Positions 35,950 to 46,076 of a stretch of DNA of 64,000 nt are shown in pieces. A model generated the notes under the pieces. That model searched no databases, was not told the DNA's origin, and worked only from the letters and a program-made list of their open reading frames with translations. Each line of letters starts with the position of its first letter. The stretch's first letter is position 1. Source of the DNA: Vicinamibacterales bacterium (GTDB taxonomy: Bacteria; Acidobacteriota; Vicinamibacteria; Vicinamibacterales; JAMQPK01); assembly GCA_963762055.1 (NCBI GenBank), contig CAVXJF010000013.1, positions 13,877 to 77,876 on the forward strand. Reading direction: 5' to 3'. Both the position numbers and the translations under genes were made by a program.

Positions 35950-36894
35950 TTATTTCGGATTCTGTGCCTCGTAGGAATGCGACAGATCCGTAAAGCCATT
36001 CATCGCAAGGCGGCACGACATGCTGTCGCCCGCGAAACTTGCGAGATGGAACCGCTGTTTCGGCACGTACACGATGTCGCCCTGGTCGGCCTCGAACACC
36101 TGCATTCCTTCGATGTTGTATCGAATCTTTCCGAGCAGGATGAACCAGAACTCGGCGCTTTCCGGATGGAAATGGCCGCGCTCGGTGAGGGGCGGCGGCG
36201 GAATGCCCTTTCCGAGGATGATGTTCGCGACCGCGCGATCGTCGTGTACGAAACGGCGCGTGTCGTCCTTGCCTGCAACGACAGCGTTGAAATCGACATA
36301 CGGCTTATTGCCTTCGGTGTAGGTGCCCTGCCCGGGCACGCGAACGGGCACAAAGGTGAATCCGGCGAGCGGCACGGGCTTCACGTCCATCGGATACATC
36401 TTCCGGGCCTTCGCGATGTTCACTTCGTACCGCAGAGAAGGCCGGTCGCCGACGGTCTCCATCTCATACATGGTGCGATACGGCACCTGAACGAGGTACC
36501 CCTTCGACGCCACGAACGGCTGCTGGCCGTCGATGGTGAAGCGAATCTGTCCGTCCTGAACCACCCACCATTCGCGGGTGTCGGCGTTCATACGGCGAGG
36601 CGTCTTGTTGCCCGGAGCCATCGCGATATAGGCGGCGTGGAGCGTGTCATCGTCGACGATGACTTCGGTCCAGTCGGCGTGCCCTTTGTGCTTCGCCAGC
36701 ACGTCGACGAGCTTCGTGTGGGGCTTGTGCGGCGGCACCCACTCATTCAGCTTGATCCCTTTCGGGGCCCAGACCATCTGACCCGGAGGGGGCCCGCCTC
36801 CGCGCCGCGCGGGCGGCGCCTGGGGCGCTTCCTGCGCCGAGACAACAGCAAACCCGGCGAGGATCACGGCGAGTCCGACTGCGCGTATTTTCAT
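35950..36894 (-). CDS. Secreted bicupin-domain protein
   Basis: Signal peptide MKIRAVGLAVILAGFAVVSAQE and two cupin-like halves (REWWVVQDGQIRFTIDG...; AEFWFILLGKIRYNIEG...GDIVYVP). Confidence 0.65.
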   Translation of the reverse strand: MKIRAVGLAVILAGFAVVSAQEAPQAPPARRGGGPPPGQMVWAPKGIKLNEWVPPHKPHTKLVDVLAKHKGHADWTEVIVDDDTLHAAYIAMAPGNKTPRRMNADTREWWVVQDGQIRFTIDGQQPFVASKGYLVQVPYRTMYEMETVGDRPSLRYEVNIAKARKMYPMDVKPVPLAGFTFVPVRVPGQGTYTEGNKPYVDFNAVVAGKDDTRRFVHDDRAVANIILGKGIPPPPLTERGHFHPESAEFWFILLGKIRYNIEGMQVFEADQGDIVYVPKQRFHLASFAGDSMSCRLAMNGFTDLSHSYEAQNPK

Positions 36895-36908
36895 GGGTAT
36901 CTCCTTAA

Positions 36909-36951
36909 GGTCCGGCTAAAGCCGGACCACTTTCGACTTTCCACTTTCGCC
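36909..36951 (+). repeat. REP hairpin (GGTCCGGCtaaaGCCGGACC) followed by ACTTTCG heptamers
   Basis: Perfect 8-bp stem with a 4-nt loop at 36909-36928, then actttcg actttcc actttcg cc. This is the same architecture and orientation as 28507-28660. Confidence 0.85.
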
Positions 36952-38199
36952 TTACACCGAAGATAGCTTATGCCCCATCTTGTCCTTCTTCGTCTTCAAA
37001 TATCGCCTCGTGGAGTCCGACGCGGGGATCTCCAGCGGAATCCACTCCGAGATGCTCAACCCGTAGCCCTCGATGCCGACCAGCTTGCGCGGATTATTAC
37101 TCAGCAGCCGCATCGAGCGCACGCCTAACTCTCTGAGAATCTGCACCCCGATGCCGTAGTCCCGCTGGTCCGCCTTGAAGCCGAGCTTTTCGTTCGCTTC
37201 TACCGTGTCCAGCCCCTGATCTTGCAGCTCGTACGCGCGAATCTTGTTCGCCAGGCCGATGCCCCGCCCCTCCTGGTTGAGATACAGGAGCACGCCGCGA
37301 CCTTCCTCCGAAATCCGCTGCATCGCCGCATCGAGCTGGCCGCCGCAATCGCACCGCAGCGAATGGAGCACGTCACCGGTGAGGCACTGTGAATGCACGC
37401 GCACGATGACGTCCGTTCCGGAACCGATGTCGCCGGCGACAAGCGCGACGTGCGTCTGCTTGTCGAGCTGGTTCTCGAAGGCATGCATCTCGAACTCGCC
37501 GAACTGGGTGGGCAGCTTCGCCTTCGCCACCTCCTTCACCATCGACTCGTTGTGCATCCGGTACTTGATCAAATCCGCGATCGTGATCATCAGCAGACCG
37601 TGGCGCTTCCCGAACTTCGTCAGTTCCGGCACGCGCGCCATGGAGCCGTCATCGTTCATGATTTCGCAGATGACGCCCGCTGGATACAGTCCGGCGATGC
37701 GCGCCAGATCCACGGCCGCTTCGGTCTGGCCGGCGCGCACCAGGACGCCGCCTGACTGGGCGCGGAGCGGAAACATGTGGCCCGGGCGGGCGAGGTCTGA
37801 CGGCTTCGTGCGGGGATCGATCGCGGCGAGCACCGTGTTGGCCCGATCGCCGGCCGAGATGCCGGTGGACGTCGAATGTTTCGCTTCGATCGTGACGCAG
37901 AACGCCGTGCCCAGGCGCGCCGTGTTCTGATTCACCATCAGAGGAATGTCGAGCTCATCCAGCCGCTCGCCCGTCATCGGCATGCAGATCAGCCCGCGGC
38001 CGTACTTGGCCATGAAGTTGACGGCTGTCGGCGTCACCCGCTCGGCCGCAAGCGTGAGATCTCCTTCGTTCTCGCGATCTTCGTCGTCGCAGACGATGAT
38101 GATCTCGCCGGCGCGGAATGCTTCGATCGCGTCTTCGACGCGCGCGAACGGACTGCCCTTCTTCTTGCGGCCTTTGGCGATTTTCAGCGGTGGGGTCAT
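36952..38199 (-). CDS. ribBA: Bifunctional 3,4-dihydroxy-2-butanone-4-phosphate synthase / GTP cyclohydrolase II
   Basis: IIVCDDEDRENEGDL..., HSTSTGISAGDRA, and the cyclohydrolase part VRVHSQCLTGDVLHSLRCDCGGQL...EGRGIGL. Start at MTPPLK (38199). Confidence 0.9.
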   Translation of the reverse strand: MTPPLKIAKGRKKKGSPFARVEDAIEAFRAGEIIIVCDDEDRENEGDLTLAAERVTPTAVNFMAKYGRGLICMPMTGERLDELDIPLMVNQNTARLGTAFCVTIEAKHSTSTGISAGDRANTVLAAIDPRTKPSDLARPGHMFPLRAQSGGVLVRAGQTEAAVDLARIAGLYPAGVICEIMNDDGSMARVPELTKFGKRHGLLMITIADLIKYRMHNESMVKEVAKAKLPTQFGEFEMHAFENQLDKQTHVALVAGDIGSGTDVIVRVHSQCLTGDVLHSLRCDCGGQLDAAMQRISEEGRGVLLYLNQEGRGIGLANKIRAYELQDQGLDTVEANEKLGFKADQRDYGIGVQILRELGVRSMRLLSNNPRKLVGIEGYGLSISEWIPLEIPASDSTRRYLKTKKDKMGHKLSSV

Positions 38200-38227
38200 A
38201 ACAATCTCGTCTACTGAACCGCGGCGC

Positions 38228-38839
38228 TCAGCGCCGGGGAATCGAACTCGATAGCTCCAACGCGCGCACGACGTATTTGCCAACCATATCGCACTCGAGG
38301 TTCACGCGATCGCCGGCGCGCGCGGCGCGCAGGTTGGTGTGCGACCACGTGAACGGCACAACCTGAACGTCGAACGACGCCGCGTCGAGCTTCGCAATCG
38401 TGAGGCTGATGCCATCTACGGCAATCGAGCCGCGATGAATCAGATACGGCGCAAGCGACGCGGGAAAGCTGACGGTCACCCAATAGAAGTCCGCCTCGGG
38501 CCGAATGGACTGCACCGTGCCGGCCGCGTCGACATGACCGAGCACCATGTGACCGCCAAAACGCCCGTTCGCGGCCATTGCGCGCTCCAGGTTCACGAGC
38601 GAGCCATTGGTAAGCGTTCCGAGGCTCGTCACTTTCGCGGTCTCGGGACCGATTTCCGCGGAGAACCGCTGTGAGCCGGCGTCTGTGTCGACGACCGTCA
38701 GGCAGACGCCGTTCACCGACACGCTTTCACCGAGGCGCAGATCGGCTGCCACCTCTGTCGTGATGTCGAGCGCGTAGCCGCCGGCGATCGGTTTCACGTC
38801 GGCGATTGTGCCGACGGATTCAATCAATCCCGTGAACAT
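38228..38839 (-). CDS. ribE: Riboflavin synthase (alpha chain)
   Basis: MFTGLIESVGTI...SVSVNGVCLTV...GHMVLGHVD...GSIAVDGISLTI. Start at 38839, overlapping the ribD end by 20 nt. Confidence 0.9.
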   Translation of the reverse strand: MFTGLIESVGTIADVKPIAGGYALDITTEVAADLRLGESVSVNGVCLTVVDTDAGSQRFSAEIGPETAKVTSLGTLTNGSLVNLERAMAANGRFGGHMVLGHVDAAGTVQSIRPEADFYWVTVSFPASLAPYLIHRGSIAVDGISLTIAKLDAASFDVQVVPFTWSHTNLRAARAGDRVNLECDMVGKYVVRALELSSSIPRR

Positions 38840-39908
38840 ACCCTTCCATGAACATATCGGGACCGAGCGGCGTCGTGCGCCGATCGGCCAGAGCCGTAAC
38901 CGGTACCACCGCCGGATCGAGCCAGGCAACGGCATCGGCGCCCAACGAGACAGGCGCTACGTAAAGATGGACCGCATCGACCAACCCGAGGGACCAGGCG
39001 GCAGACTGCAACGCGGTCCCTCCTTCGAGCATCAGCGACATGATCTGCCGTTGGCCGAGATGCGCAAGAGCGTCCGTCAGGCTTCCACCGGCAATCGTCA
39101 CAATTTCGGCGCCGGCAGCTGACAACTGACCCGCGCGTTGGGCGTTGCTCGCCATACTCTCGGGCGTGGTGACGATTATCACCGGTCCCGCGGCGAGCGT
39201 CGAGAACACGCGGGCCGTCGGGTCCACCCGGAGCCGGCGGTCGAAAATCACCCTCGAGAGCGGCCGTCGGCGATAGACGTCGCGCGCCGTCAGCAGCGGA
39301 TCGTCCACGAGAACTGTTTCGGATCCAACGCCGATGGCGTCCACTTCGGCGCGCACGCCATGGGCGTGACGCAGCGATTCTTCGGAACTGATGCGCGTCC
39401 GCTCGCCCGGCTTCGCTGCGATGCGGTTGTCGAGGCTCGTTGCCGCCTTGATGATGACGAAGGGCCGGTGCTTTGTCTTGTAGGTGAAGTACGCGCGATT
39501 CAGTCGCAGCGCGCGATCCCGCCCCGGACCGACCGATACGGCAATGCCCTTTTGCCGCAGGAAATCGAATCCGCGGCCGTTGACCCGCGCGTCTGCGTCT
39601 GCCGTTGCGGCGACGACGCGAGAAATACCGGCGCGGCTCACCCGTTCTACACACGGGCCGGTGCGTCCGACGTGGCTGCAGGGCTCGAGCGTGCAATACA
39701 GTGACGCGCCGCGCGCGAGATCGCCGGCTTCGTCGAGCGCGCGGACTTCTGCATGCGGTCCCCCCGCCACTTCGTGGTAGCCCTGCCCCACAATCGTGCC
39801 ATCCTCGCGGACCACGACCGCGCCGACCATCGGATTGGGGCTGGTCGTCCCGCGCCCGCGCTCGGCCAGATCGAGCGCGCGGTTCATGTAATCAATGTCC
39901 GCCAGCAT
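38820..39908 (-). CDS. ribD: Bifunctional riboflavin biosynthesis deaminase/reductase
   Basis: MNRALDLAERGRGTTSPNPMVGAVVV...HAEVRAL...TLEPCSH.GRTGPC, plus the reductase half. Confidence 0.9.
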   Translation of the reverse strand: MLADIDYMNRALDLAERGRGTTSPNPMVGAVVVREDGTIVGQGYHEVAGGPHAEVRALDEAGDLARGASLYCTLEPCSHVGRTGPCVERVSRAGISRVVAATADADARVNGRGFDFLRQKGIAVSVGPGRDRALRLNRAYFTYKTKHRPFVIIKAATSLDNRIAAKPGERTRISSEESLRHAHGVRAEVDAIGVGSETVLVDDPLLTARDVYRRRPLSRVIFDRRLRVDPTARVFSTLAAGPVIIVTTPESMASNAQRAGQLSAAGAEIVTIAGGSLTDALAHLGQRQIMSLMLEGGTALQSAAWSLGLVDAVHLYVAPVSLGADAVAWLDPAVVPVTALADRRTTPLGPDMFMEGYVHGID

Positions 39909-39942
39909 TTACGCAAAACGTAAAAAGAGGGTCAGACCCCAT

Positions 39943-40866
39943 TTACCACTTCTGTTCGAAGAGGGCGTCGACGTACTCGTTCACGTCGAACGGGATCAGA
40001 TCGTCGATCGACTCGCCGACACCGACATAGCGGATGGGCAACTTCAGCTCGCACGCGATGGCGACGGCAATGCCGCCCTTGGCCGTTCCGTCCAGCTTCG
40101 CCAACACGACGCCGTTGACGCCGGCGACGTTCATGAACTCGCGGGCCTGACTCAGACCGTTCTGCCCGACGGTGGCGTCGAGCACGAGGAGCACTTCATG
40201 GGGCGCGCCCGCCACCTCGCGCGACGCAACGCGGCGGATCTTCTCGAGCTCGTTCATGAGGTTCACCTTGGTGTGAAGGCGTCCTGCCGTGTCCACGAGG
40301 ATCGGCGTGCGGCCCTTCGCCTTCGCCGACGCGATCCCGTCGAACACGACCGCAGCGGGATCGGCCCCGTCGCGCGCGCGGATGAGGTCGACGCCCGCTC
40401 GCCGGGCCCACACCTCGAGCTGCTCCACGGCGGCGGCGCGAAACGTGTCGGCCGCCACGACCAGCGGTTGCTTGCCCGAAGATTTCAGCAGCTGCGCCAG
40501 CTTTCCGACCGTCGTCGTCTTTCCGGTGCCGTTCACGCCGACGATCAACACCACCTGCGGCGTGTGCCCATTCAACGCGGCGGCCGGTACGGACGCGAAA
40601 ATCGCGCGGATCTCGTCTTTGACCGCATCGCGGAGGCTCTTGCCCGACGCCGTCTGCTTTTTCACCGCCGCGATGATCCGATCCGTTGCCGCAACGCCGA
40701 CGTCGGCCATAATCAGCAGCTCTTCGAGCGCCTCGATCGTGTCGACATCGATCGGACGGCCACGGCGCTCCGGCGCTTCTGCCTGCGAGACGATCTCGTC
40801 GAATCGCTGAACGATCTGCTGTTTGGTCTTGGAGAGCCCTTCTCGAATTCGATCGAAAAATCCCAT
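39943..40866 (-). CDS. ftsY: Signal recognition particle receptor FtsY
   Basis: VGVNGTGKTTTVGKLA, DTAGRLH, LAKLDGTAKGG, and VGVGE..DDL.PF at the C-terminus. Confidence 0.95.
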   Translation of the reverse strand: MGFFDRIREGLSKTKQQIVQRFDEIVSQAEAPERRGRPIDVDTIEALEELLIMADVGVAATDRIIAAVKKQTASGKSLRDAVKDEIRAIFASVPAAALNGHTPQVVLIVGVNGTGKTTTVGKLAQLLKSSGKQPLVVAADTFRAAAVEQLEVWARRAGVDLIRARDGADPAAVVFDGIASAKAKGRTPILVDTAGRLHTKVNLMNELEKIRRVASREVAGAPHEVLLVLDATVGQNGLSQAREFMNVAGVNGVVLAKLDGTAKGGIAVAIACELKLPIRYVGVGESIDDLIPFDVNEYVDALFEQKW

Positions 40867-40872
40867 TAGGTC

Positions 40873-41877
40873 CTAGCGATATTCCTGTTCGGTTTTCTGC
40901 GGCCGCAGCATCAGCTCTTCGACGGCGCCGGCGGCGCTCCGTGTGCCCGCCAGCACTTCGGCCATCTGCGTGGCGATCGGCAGCTCGACGCCATATTTCT
41001 TTCCGAGCGCCAGCGCCGCACCTGTTGTTTTCACACCTTCGGCAACCATCTTCATTCCCGCGACGACGTCGCCGATGCTGCGCCCGCGCGCCAGCTCGAC
41101 GCCGACATGACGGTTGCGGCTCAGCGATCCCGTGCACGTCAGCACCAGATCGCCCAGGCCGCTCAATCCCGCCAGCGTCTCCCGGCGTCCGCCGGCCGCG
41201 CACGCGAGACGTGTAATCTCGGCGAGTCCCCGCGTGATCAGCGCCGCGAGCGCGTTCTGACCAAGACCCAGCCCTTCGACAACCCCAGCGGCAATCGCGA
41301 TGATGTTTTTGAGCGCGCCGCCTATCTCGACGCCGACGACGTCGGTGCTCGCATAGAGCCTGAAGTAGGTCGCGCGGAACTCGCGCTGCACGTCTTCGGC
41401 AAGCACGGGATCCGCGCAGGCGACCGAGACCGCCGTCGGAAGGCCGCGCGCCACTTCCATCGCGAAACTCGGTCCGGACAACACCGCGATCGGCCGCGCG
41501 CCGCGAACTTCCTGCGCGATCACTTCGGACACGCGCTGGAACGTATCCTGCTCGATCCCCTTCGTGGCGCTGACGATGAGCGCCTGGCGCGGAATGAGCG
41601 GCGCCGCCGAGCGGATGACACCCCGCGTGCCGTGCGACGGCATCGCCGCGATGACGAAGTCCGCGCGTTCGAGCGCCTCCTCGAGCGATGTGGTGGGCCG
41701 AACGCCCACCGGCAGCACAATGTCGGGAAGGTACACAGCATTGGCGCGCCGCGACTTCATCTCATGAATGAGATCCGCATTGCGTCCCCACAGCCGTACG
41801 TCGTGCCCGACATTCGCAAGATGCGCTGCGATCGCCGTGCCCCAACTTCCTGCTCCCAATATCGCGACGTTTTTCAT
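40873..41877 (-). CDS. gpsA: NAD(P)H-dependent glycerol-3-phosphate dehydrogenase
   Basis: MKNVAILGAGSWGTAIA..., GPSFA.EVA, ...GALKNIIAIAAG.... Confidence 0.95.
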   Translation of the reverse strand: MKNVAILGAGSWGTAIAAHLANVGHDVRLWGRNADLIHEMKSRRANAVYLPDIVLPVGVRPTTSLEEALERADFVIAAMPSHGTRGVIRSAAPLIPRQALIVSATKGIEQDTFQRVSEVIAQEVRGARPIAVLSGPSFAMEVARGLPTAVSVACADPVLAEDVQREFRATYFRLYASTDVVGVEIGGALKNIIAIAAGVVEGLGLGQNALAALITRGLAEITRLACAAGGRRETLAGLSGLGDLVLTCTGSLSRNRHVGVELARGRSIGDVVAGMKMVAEGVKTTGAALALGKKYGVELPIATQMAEVLAGTRSAAGAVEELMLRPQKTEQEYR

Positions 41878-42467
41878 GCGCGCTGTCCTATCCTCCGCTC
41901 AATGCCGGCAAATACGCGTTTCAAGTTCGATCGATGGCGATGGATCACGATGGCCGCCACGATGACCGCGGCGATGACCGTCACTTCGGGCCCGCCGAAC
42001 AGATACGCGAGCGGCGCCAGGATGACCGAACCGGCAACCGATCCCAGCGAGATGTAGCGTGTCCACCACACGAGCACGAGAAACACGAGCGTGGCGATCA
42101 GCGTCGCCTGTGGCGCAAGGATCGAAAACACGCCGCAGGTCGTCGCCACCCCTTTTCCACCGCGAAAGCCGAGCCATACGGGATAAATGTGGCCGAGTAC
42201 CGCGGCGATGCCCGCGAATGCGGGACCGCTGCCGCCGCTGTCGATGAGCCGTGCGACAAGCACGCTCGCGACGCCCTTCGCGACGTCGAGCGCCATCGCG
42301 CTGACGCCGATTTTTCGCGTGGTCGTGCGCAGCAGGTTCGCGGCTCCCACGTTGCCGCTGCCCGCCAGGCGCAGATCGATCCCGCGGTGCCGGCGCGCCA
42401 GCAGATAGGCAAACGGAATCGAGCCCAGCAGATATCCGACGATCAGGACGATGACGATGTCGGGCAT
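41874..42467 (-). CDS. plsY: Glycerol-3-phosphate acyltransferase PlsY
   Basis: GYLLGSIPFAYLLAR...GSGNVGAAN...FRGGKGVAT. It overlaps gpsA by 4 nt. Confidence 0.9.
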   Translation of the reverse strand: MPDIVIVLIVGYLLGSIPFAYLLARRHRGIDLRLAGSGNVGAANLLRTTTRKIGVSAMALDVAKGVASVLVARLIDSGGSGPAFAGIAAVLGHIYPVWLGFRGGKGVATTCGVFSILAPQATLIATLVFLVLVWWTRYISLGSVAGSVILAPLAYLFGGPEVTVIAAVIVAAIVIHRHRSNLKRVFAGIERRIGQRA

Positions 42468-42560
42468 GTCAGAGGCGCCTCCGCGAGTGGCAAATAGGCC
42501 GGGCCCGCGGGTGAGAGGCGGCTTTCGTACAAGGTTACACGATGATCCTGGATGGCAGGA

Positions 42561-42592
42561 CTAATCGCTACTGGCTATCGGCTACTGGTTAG
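42561..42592. repeat. GGCTACT-type heptamer array (locus 3 of 4)
   Basis: ctaatcgctactggctatcggctactggttagg, located 3' of cinA. Confidence 0.7.
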
Positions 42593-42607
42593 GACAAGCG
42601 CCACCGA

Positions 42608-43873
42608 TCAGGCGTCCTCCAGCATCCAGCGCCTCACCATGTCGAGCGCGGCCTGCGACGCCTGAAAGCGAACCATCTCGCGTCCGCCAACGAAGTTGAA
42701 GGTGCGCACGCGCGACGAAACAGCACCGTCGCGCGACCATGCCGCGGCAATCGCCACCATCCCGACAGGTTTTTCGGGGGTGCCGCCCGATGGTCCCGCT
42801 ATGCCGGTGACGCCGACAGCCAGATCTGTCCCGGCGACGCGCGCCATTCCTTTGGCCATCGCCTCGGCCACCGGCTCGCTGACGGCACCGTGGTCCCGTA
42901 TCAGACTTTCCGGCACTCCGAGCAAGTCGATCTTCGACTCATTCGTGTAGACGACAACGCCACGGTCAACGTACGCGGAACTGCCGGGCACTTCGGTGAG
43001 GCGCGCCATCACGAGGCCGCCGGTGCACGATTCTGCGGCCGAGATCGTCAGACCTCGCGTGCGGCAAAGCTCGCCGATAATCTGCGGCATCGTTTCGCCG
43101 CCAACACTGAACAGATCGCGACCCAGCGTCCGCTGCACGTCGCCCACCGCTGCGTCGAGCGCCCGCTGCCCATCTTCGGGGTTCGACGCGGCAGCGGTGA
43201 GATGGAGCTCTATCTGGCCGAGCGATGCGAGGATCGTCGTCGAGATCCTGACCGGCGCCGACAGCCACGTTGCGTAGAGCGGCTGCATGTTCTCTTCGAC
43301 GGACGATTCGCTTTGACCCGTGATCCGCAGCAGCCTGCGAAACAGACGCGACGAACCGGTGCGGCTCGACAACCGTTCCTGGACGACCGCCTCGAACATC
43401 GGCTTCAGCTCGCGCGGCGGGCCCGGCAGCAGCACGATCAACTTGCCGTCATGTTCGATCCACAAGCCCGGCGCCGTGCCGTTCTTGTTCGGCAGCACCA
43501 CCGCCCCGCGGGGCACCATGGCCTGACGACGATTGATGGCCGGCGTGCGAAGTCCGCGGGCGGAAAACCGCTTGTCGATCTGCTCGAAGATGTGCGCGTG
43601 ATATTCGAGCGGCTGCCCGATCACATCGGCAACGACGTCCCTCGTCAGATCGTCGTCCGTTGGGCCGAGGCCGCCGGTGAAGATCAGGAGATCGGTCCGG
43701 CGGAGCGCGTCGGCCACGATGGATTTCAGCGTCTCGCGATCGTCGCCGGCCACCGACTTCGCCTGGAGATCGATGCCGAGCTCGTTCAGGCGTTCGGTAA
43801 TGAACAACGAGTTGGTGTCGATATGGGTCGGCGTCAGCATCTCGCTGCCGACGGCGACGACTTCCGCTCTCAT
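42608..43873 (-). CDS. cinA: CinA-family competence/damage-inducible protein (MoCF + nicotinamide-nucleotide amidase domains)
   Basis: MRAEVVAVGSEMLTP...TNS.FI...FTGGLGPTDDDLT..., and a C-terminal PncC-like part ...ESCTGGL.... Confidence 0.9.
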   Translation of the reverse strand: MRAEVVAVGSEMLTPTHIDTNSLFITERLNELGIDLQAKSVAGDDRETLKSIVADALRRTDLLIFTGGLGPTDDDLTRDVVADVIGQPLEYHAHIFEQIDKRFSARGLRTPAINRRQAMVPRGAVVLPNKNGTAPGLWIEHDGKLIVLLPGPPRELKPMFEAVVQERLSSRTGSSRLFRRLLRITGQSESSVEENMQPLYATWLSAPVRISTTILASLGQIELHLTAAASNPEDGQRALDAAVGDVQRTLGRDLFSVGGETMPQIIGELCRTRGLTISAAESCTGGLVMARLTEVPGSSAYVDRGVVVYTNESKIDLLGVPESLIRDHGAVSEPVAEAMAKGMARVAGTDLAVGVTGIAGPSGGTPEKPVGMVAIAAAWSRDGAVSSRVRTFNFVGGREMVRFQASQAALDMVRRWMLEDA

Positions 43874-44334
43874 GACAAAAGGCCAGGCGCGAGAAAGTAC
43901 GCGCCCCGAAGCAGCAGATTCCCGTAAATCGCCGCCATCGCATCGTCAGCCATCACGCCGTATCCTCCGGGCAGCCGCTCGAACTGACGAGCCGGAAACG
44001 GCTTGACGACGTCGAGGGCGCGGAACAATAGAAATCCCAGGAGGAGGCCGCCAGCTCCGACGGGAATCATGAACAGCGTCATCAGCATTCCCATCACTTC
44101 ATCTATCACAATCGGGCCGGGATCGGTACATCGCAGGTCTTCTTCGCATGGCGGCACCAGCACCACACCGGCAACGGCGAGCAGCACGATCAGAAAAAGG
44201 TCGAGATGGGGGATCGCGGTCCATCTTGCCGCAAGGTACACGACGATTCCAGCGGCGGAGCCAACAGTGCCCGGCGCAAACGGGAAAAAACCGATATAGC
44301 CAAAACTGCAGATGAAAACCGCGAGACGCCGCAT
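43870..44334 (-). CDS. pgpA: Phosphatidylglycerophosphatase A
   Basis: Start at MRRLAVFICSFGYIGFFPFAPGTVGS.... ...IVIDEVMGM..., ...DVVKPFP.... Its stop overlaps the cinA ATG (ATGA). Confidence 0.85.
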   Translation of the reverse strand: MRRLAVFICSFGYIGFFPFAPGTVGSAAGIVVYLAARWTAIPHLDLFLIVLLAVAGVVLVPPCEEDLRCTDPGPIVIDEVMGMLMTLFMIPVGAGGLLLGFLLFRALDVVKPFPARQFERLPGGYGVMADDAMAAIYGNLLLRGAYFLAPGLLS

Positions 44335-44344
44335 GCGCAGTCGG

Positions 44345-45238
44345 CTACGTCGATGACGGACGGACGACTCGCGTGTGCGCAAGCCGATCGTGGAGCGCGA
44401 GGCGGTCGGGGCTGAACACGCCGGGCAGGAATCCGGCGCCAAGCGGAAGCGCCGAGACGAAATACGCGAGCGTGCGAAGGGTTGCGCGGCCGATCGGGAC
44501 CGAGCCGTCTTCCTGATCGATCACTTTGATCCCAAGCGCCATCTTGCCGATGGACTGCCCGCCGACGGCTGTAAAGGCGATGAAGTACCCGCCGTTCAAC
44601 AACAGGAAAAATGCGGCAAGCGGGAGCAGCGGTAACTGAAGGACGTCCCCGGTCCTGAGGCCGAGCAGCCGCACGGTGAAATACACGACCAACGCATCAA
44701 GAGCCCCGAGCAGAGCTATGTCGATCAGCGCGGCGATGACGCGCCTGACCGGGCCGGCGAGCGAATCGCCCGACGCGGTCACATGCTGGCGCGGTTCGAA
44801 TCGCTCGCCGACAACGGCAGCGGGCGGCATCTCGAAGAGCGTCTCTGAATGTCCTGCCGGCGTGATCCGCGCCTTGGCGCGCGGGATCTCCGGCGTGGCG
44901 CGGCGGACGCCAAGCGGCGCACGCGGCGTCTGCGGTACCGTGATCAACGGAGCATCGTCTACGGCAGTCCGGGAAACGCCGCTTCGAACGCGCCTGGTTG
45001 CCGCGGCCGGCTGTTGGGGGTCGACACCCGGAGGTGCAAAAAGAGGCAGATCGCCGGCGCCGTCGGTCTCGACGTCGCCGATGATGCGCTCGAGATCCAG
45101 CGGCGGCCGGGGCTCGGGCGTTGAATCAAGCTCCAGGTCGAATGCCGGCGCGGGTGATGTCAGCGAAAATTCGTAACCGCAGTTCCGGCAGCGATCGCCG
45201 CTTTCAAACGCCAGGTACTCGCACTTTGGACATTTCAT
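44345..45238 (-). CDS. RDD-family membrane protein with N-terminal zinc ribbon
   Basis: MKCPKCEYLAFESGDRCRNCGYEF, a disordered linker, then RRVIAALIDIALLGALDALVVYF...GQSIGKMALGIKV. Confidence 0.75.
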   Translation of the reverse strand: MKCPKCEYLAFESGDRCRNCGYEFSLTSPAPAFDLELDSTPEPRPPLDLERIIGDVETDGAGDLPLFAPPGVDPQQPAAATRRVRSGVSRTAVDDAPLITVPQTPRAPLGVRRATPEIPRAKARITPAGHSETLFEMPPAAVVGERFEPRQHVTASGDSLAGPVRRVIAALIDIALLGALDALVVYFTVRLLGLRTGDVLQLPLLPLAAFFLLLNGGYFIAFTAVGGQSIGKMALGIKVIDQEDGSVPIGRATLRTLAYFVSALPLGAGFLPGVFSPDRLALHDRLAHTRVVRPSST

Positions 45239-46056
45239 GGCGTCTGGTGCGCGAGCAGCTCGCGCTGGATGACCGCCTTCAACTTGTCGGCGTCGACCCG
45301 AAGGGGATCGGTCGGACGCACGAGCTCGACGGCGCGCATCGCGTCGTGCAGACGCCCCGATTCGAACAGGGCGCGCGCACGATCCATCGCTGTCTCAGAG
45401 CTTCGCGGGACGATCAGCGGCTCCTGTGCCGTTCGCGTCGGCGCGAGCCCATCCTCAGCACCGCTGCGCAGCGCGGGAATCCACGTCGGAAGCTGGTCCC
45501 AGGAGGCGGCGACTCCGCCGGCGAGGGCGACGATGACCAGAGCAACGAGCGCACTGCTCCACCGCGATCGAACCGGCTCGGCGGCAACTGTCCTCGACCT
45601 GAACGGCGGTGACGGAGCCGCTGGCACCGGAGCGGGAGCAACCGGCGCAACCGCGCTCAGCCGATCGATCCGAGTCAGAAACGCCAGCGCCACGTCGTGC
45701 GCCCCACCGCGCTGAACCGCCGCATTCAGGAGTTGGCGCGCCGCCTCGATCTCGCCACGTTCAAACGCCGCGATGCCGTTGTGCAGCAACTCGTCCGATT
45801 CCCGCTGCTTCTCCGCCATCGCGCTGCGCGCGCGCTCGATGTACGCGCGGGCGCGGGCATGATTGCGATCCAGGAAGAGCGCACGTGTCCAGACGTCGAT
45901 CGCCTGCGCGTAGTTGGCGGCGAAGTAATGATCAAGTCCGGCGATCAGCAGGCTTTCGATCTTGGCGTCGCGATCGGCATCGCTGTCGCCCGGCAATCTG
46001 GCGTCGCTGATTGGATTCGTGCGAAGCGGATCGGACATAGGGTCTGACGCCAGCAT
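45235..46056 (-). CDS. TPR-like / membrane-anchored hypothetical protein
   Basis: LIAGLDHYFAANYAQAIDVWTRALFLDRNHARARAYIERARS...GIAAFERGEIEAARQLL, then a TM (ALVALVIVALAGGV). The start is uncertain (46056 or 46038). Its stop overlaps the RDD ATG (ATGA). Confidence 0.6.
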   Translation of the reverse strand: MLASDPMSDPLRTNPISDARLPGDSDADRDAKIESLLIAGLDHYFAANYAQAIDVWTRALFLDRNHARARAYIERARSAMAEKQRESDELLHNGIAAFERGEIEAARQLLNAAVQRGGAHDVALAFLTRIDRLSAVAPVAPAPVPAAPSPPFRSRTVAAEPVRSRWSSALVALVIVALAGGVAASWDQLPTWIPALRSGAEDGLAPTRTAQEPLIVPRSSETAMDRARALFESGRLHDAMRAVELVRPTDPLRVDADKLKAVIQRELLAHQTP

Positions 46057-46076
46057 GTCAGCGCAGATTCGGGGGC

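Noticed and set aside
39909-39942. Looked for an FMN riboswitch upstream of ribD. Also looked for a TPP riboswitch near thiE and a Mn riboswitch upstream of mntH.
   Set aside because: The upstream spacers are only 5-35 nt, or the genes are internal to operons. There is no room for the conserved aptamers and none of their core motifs were seen.
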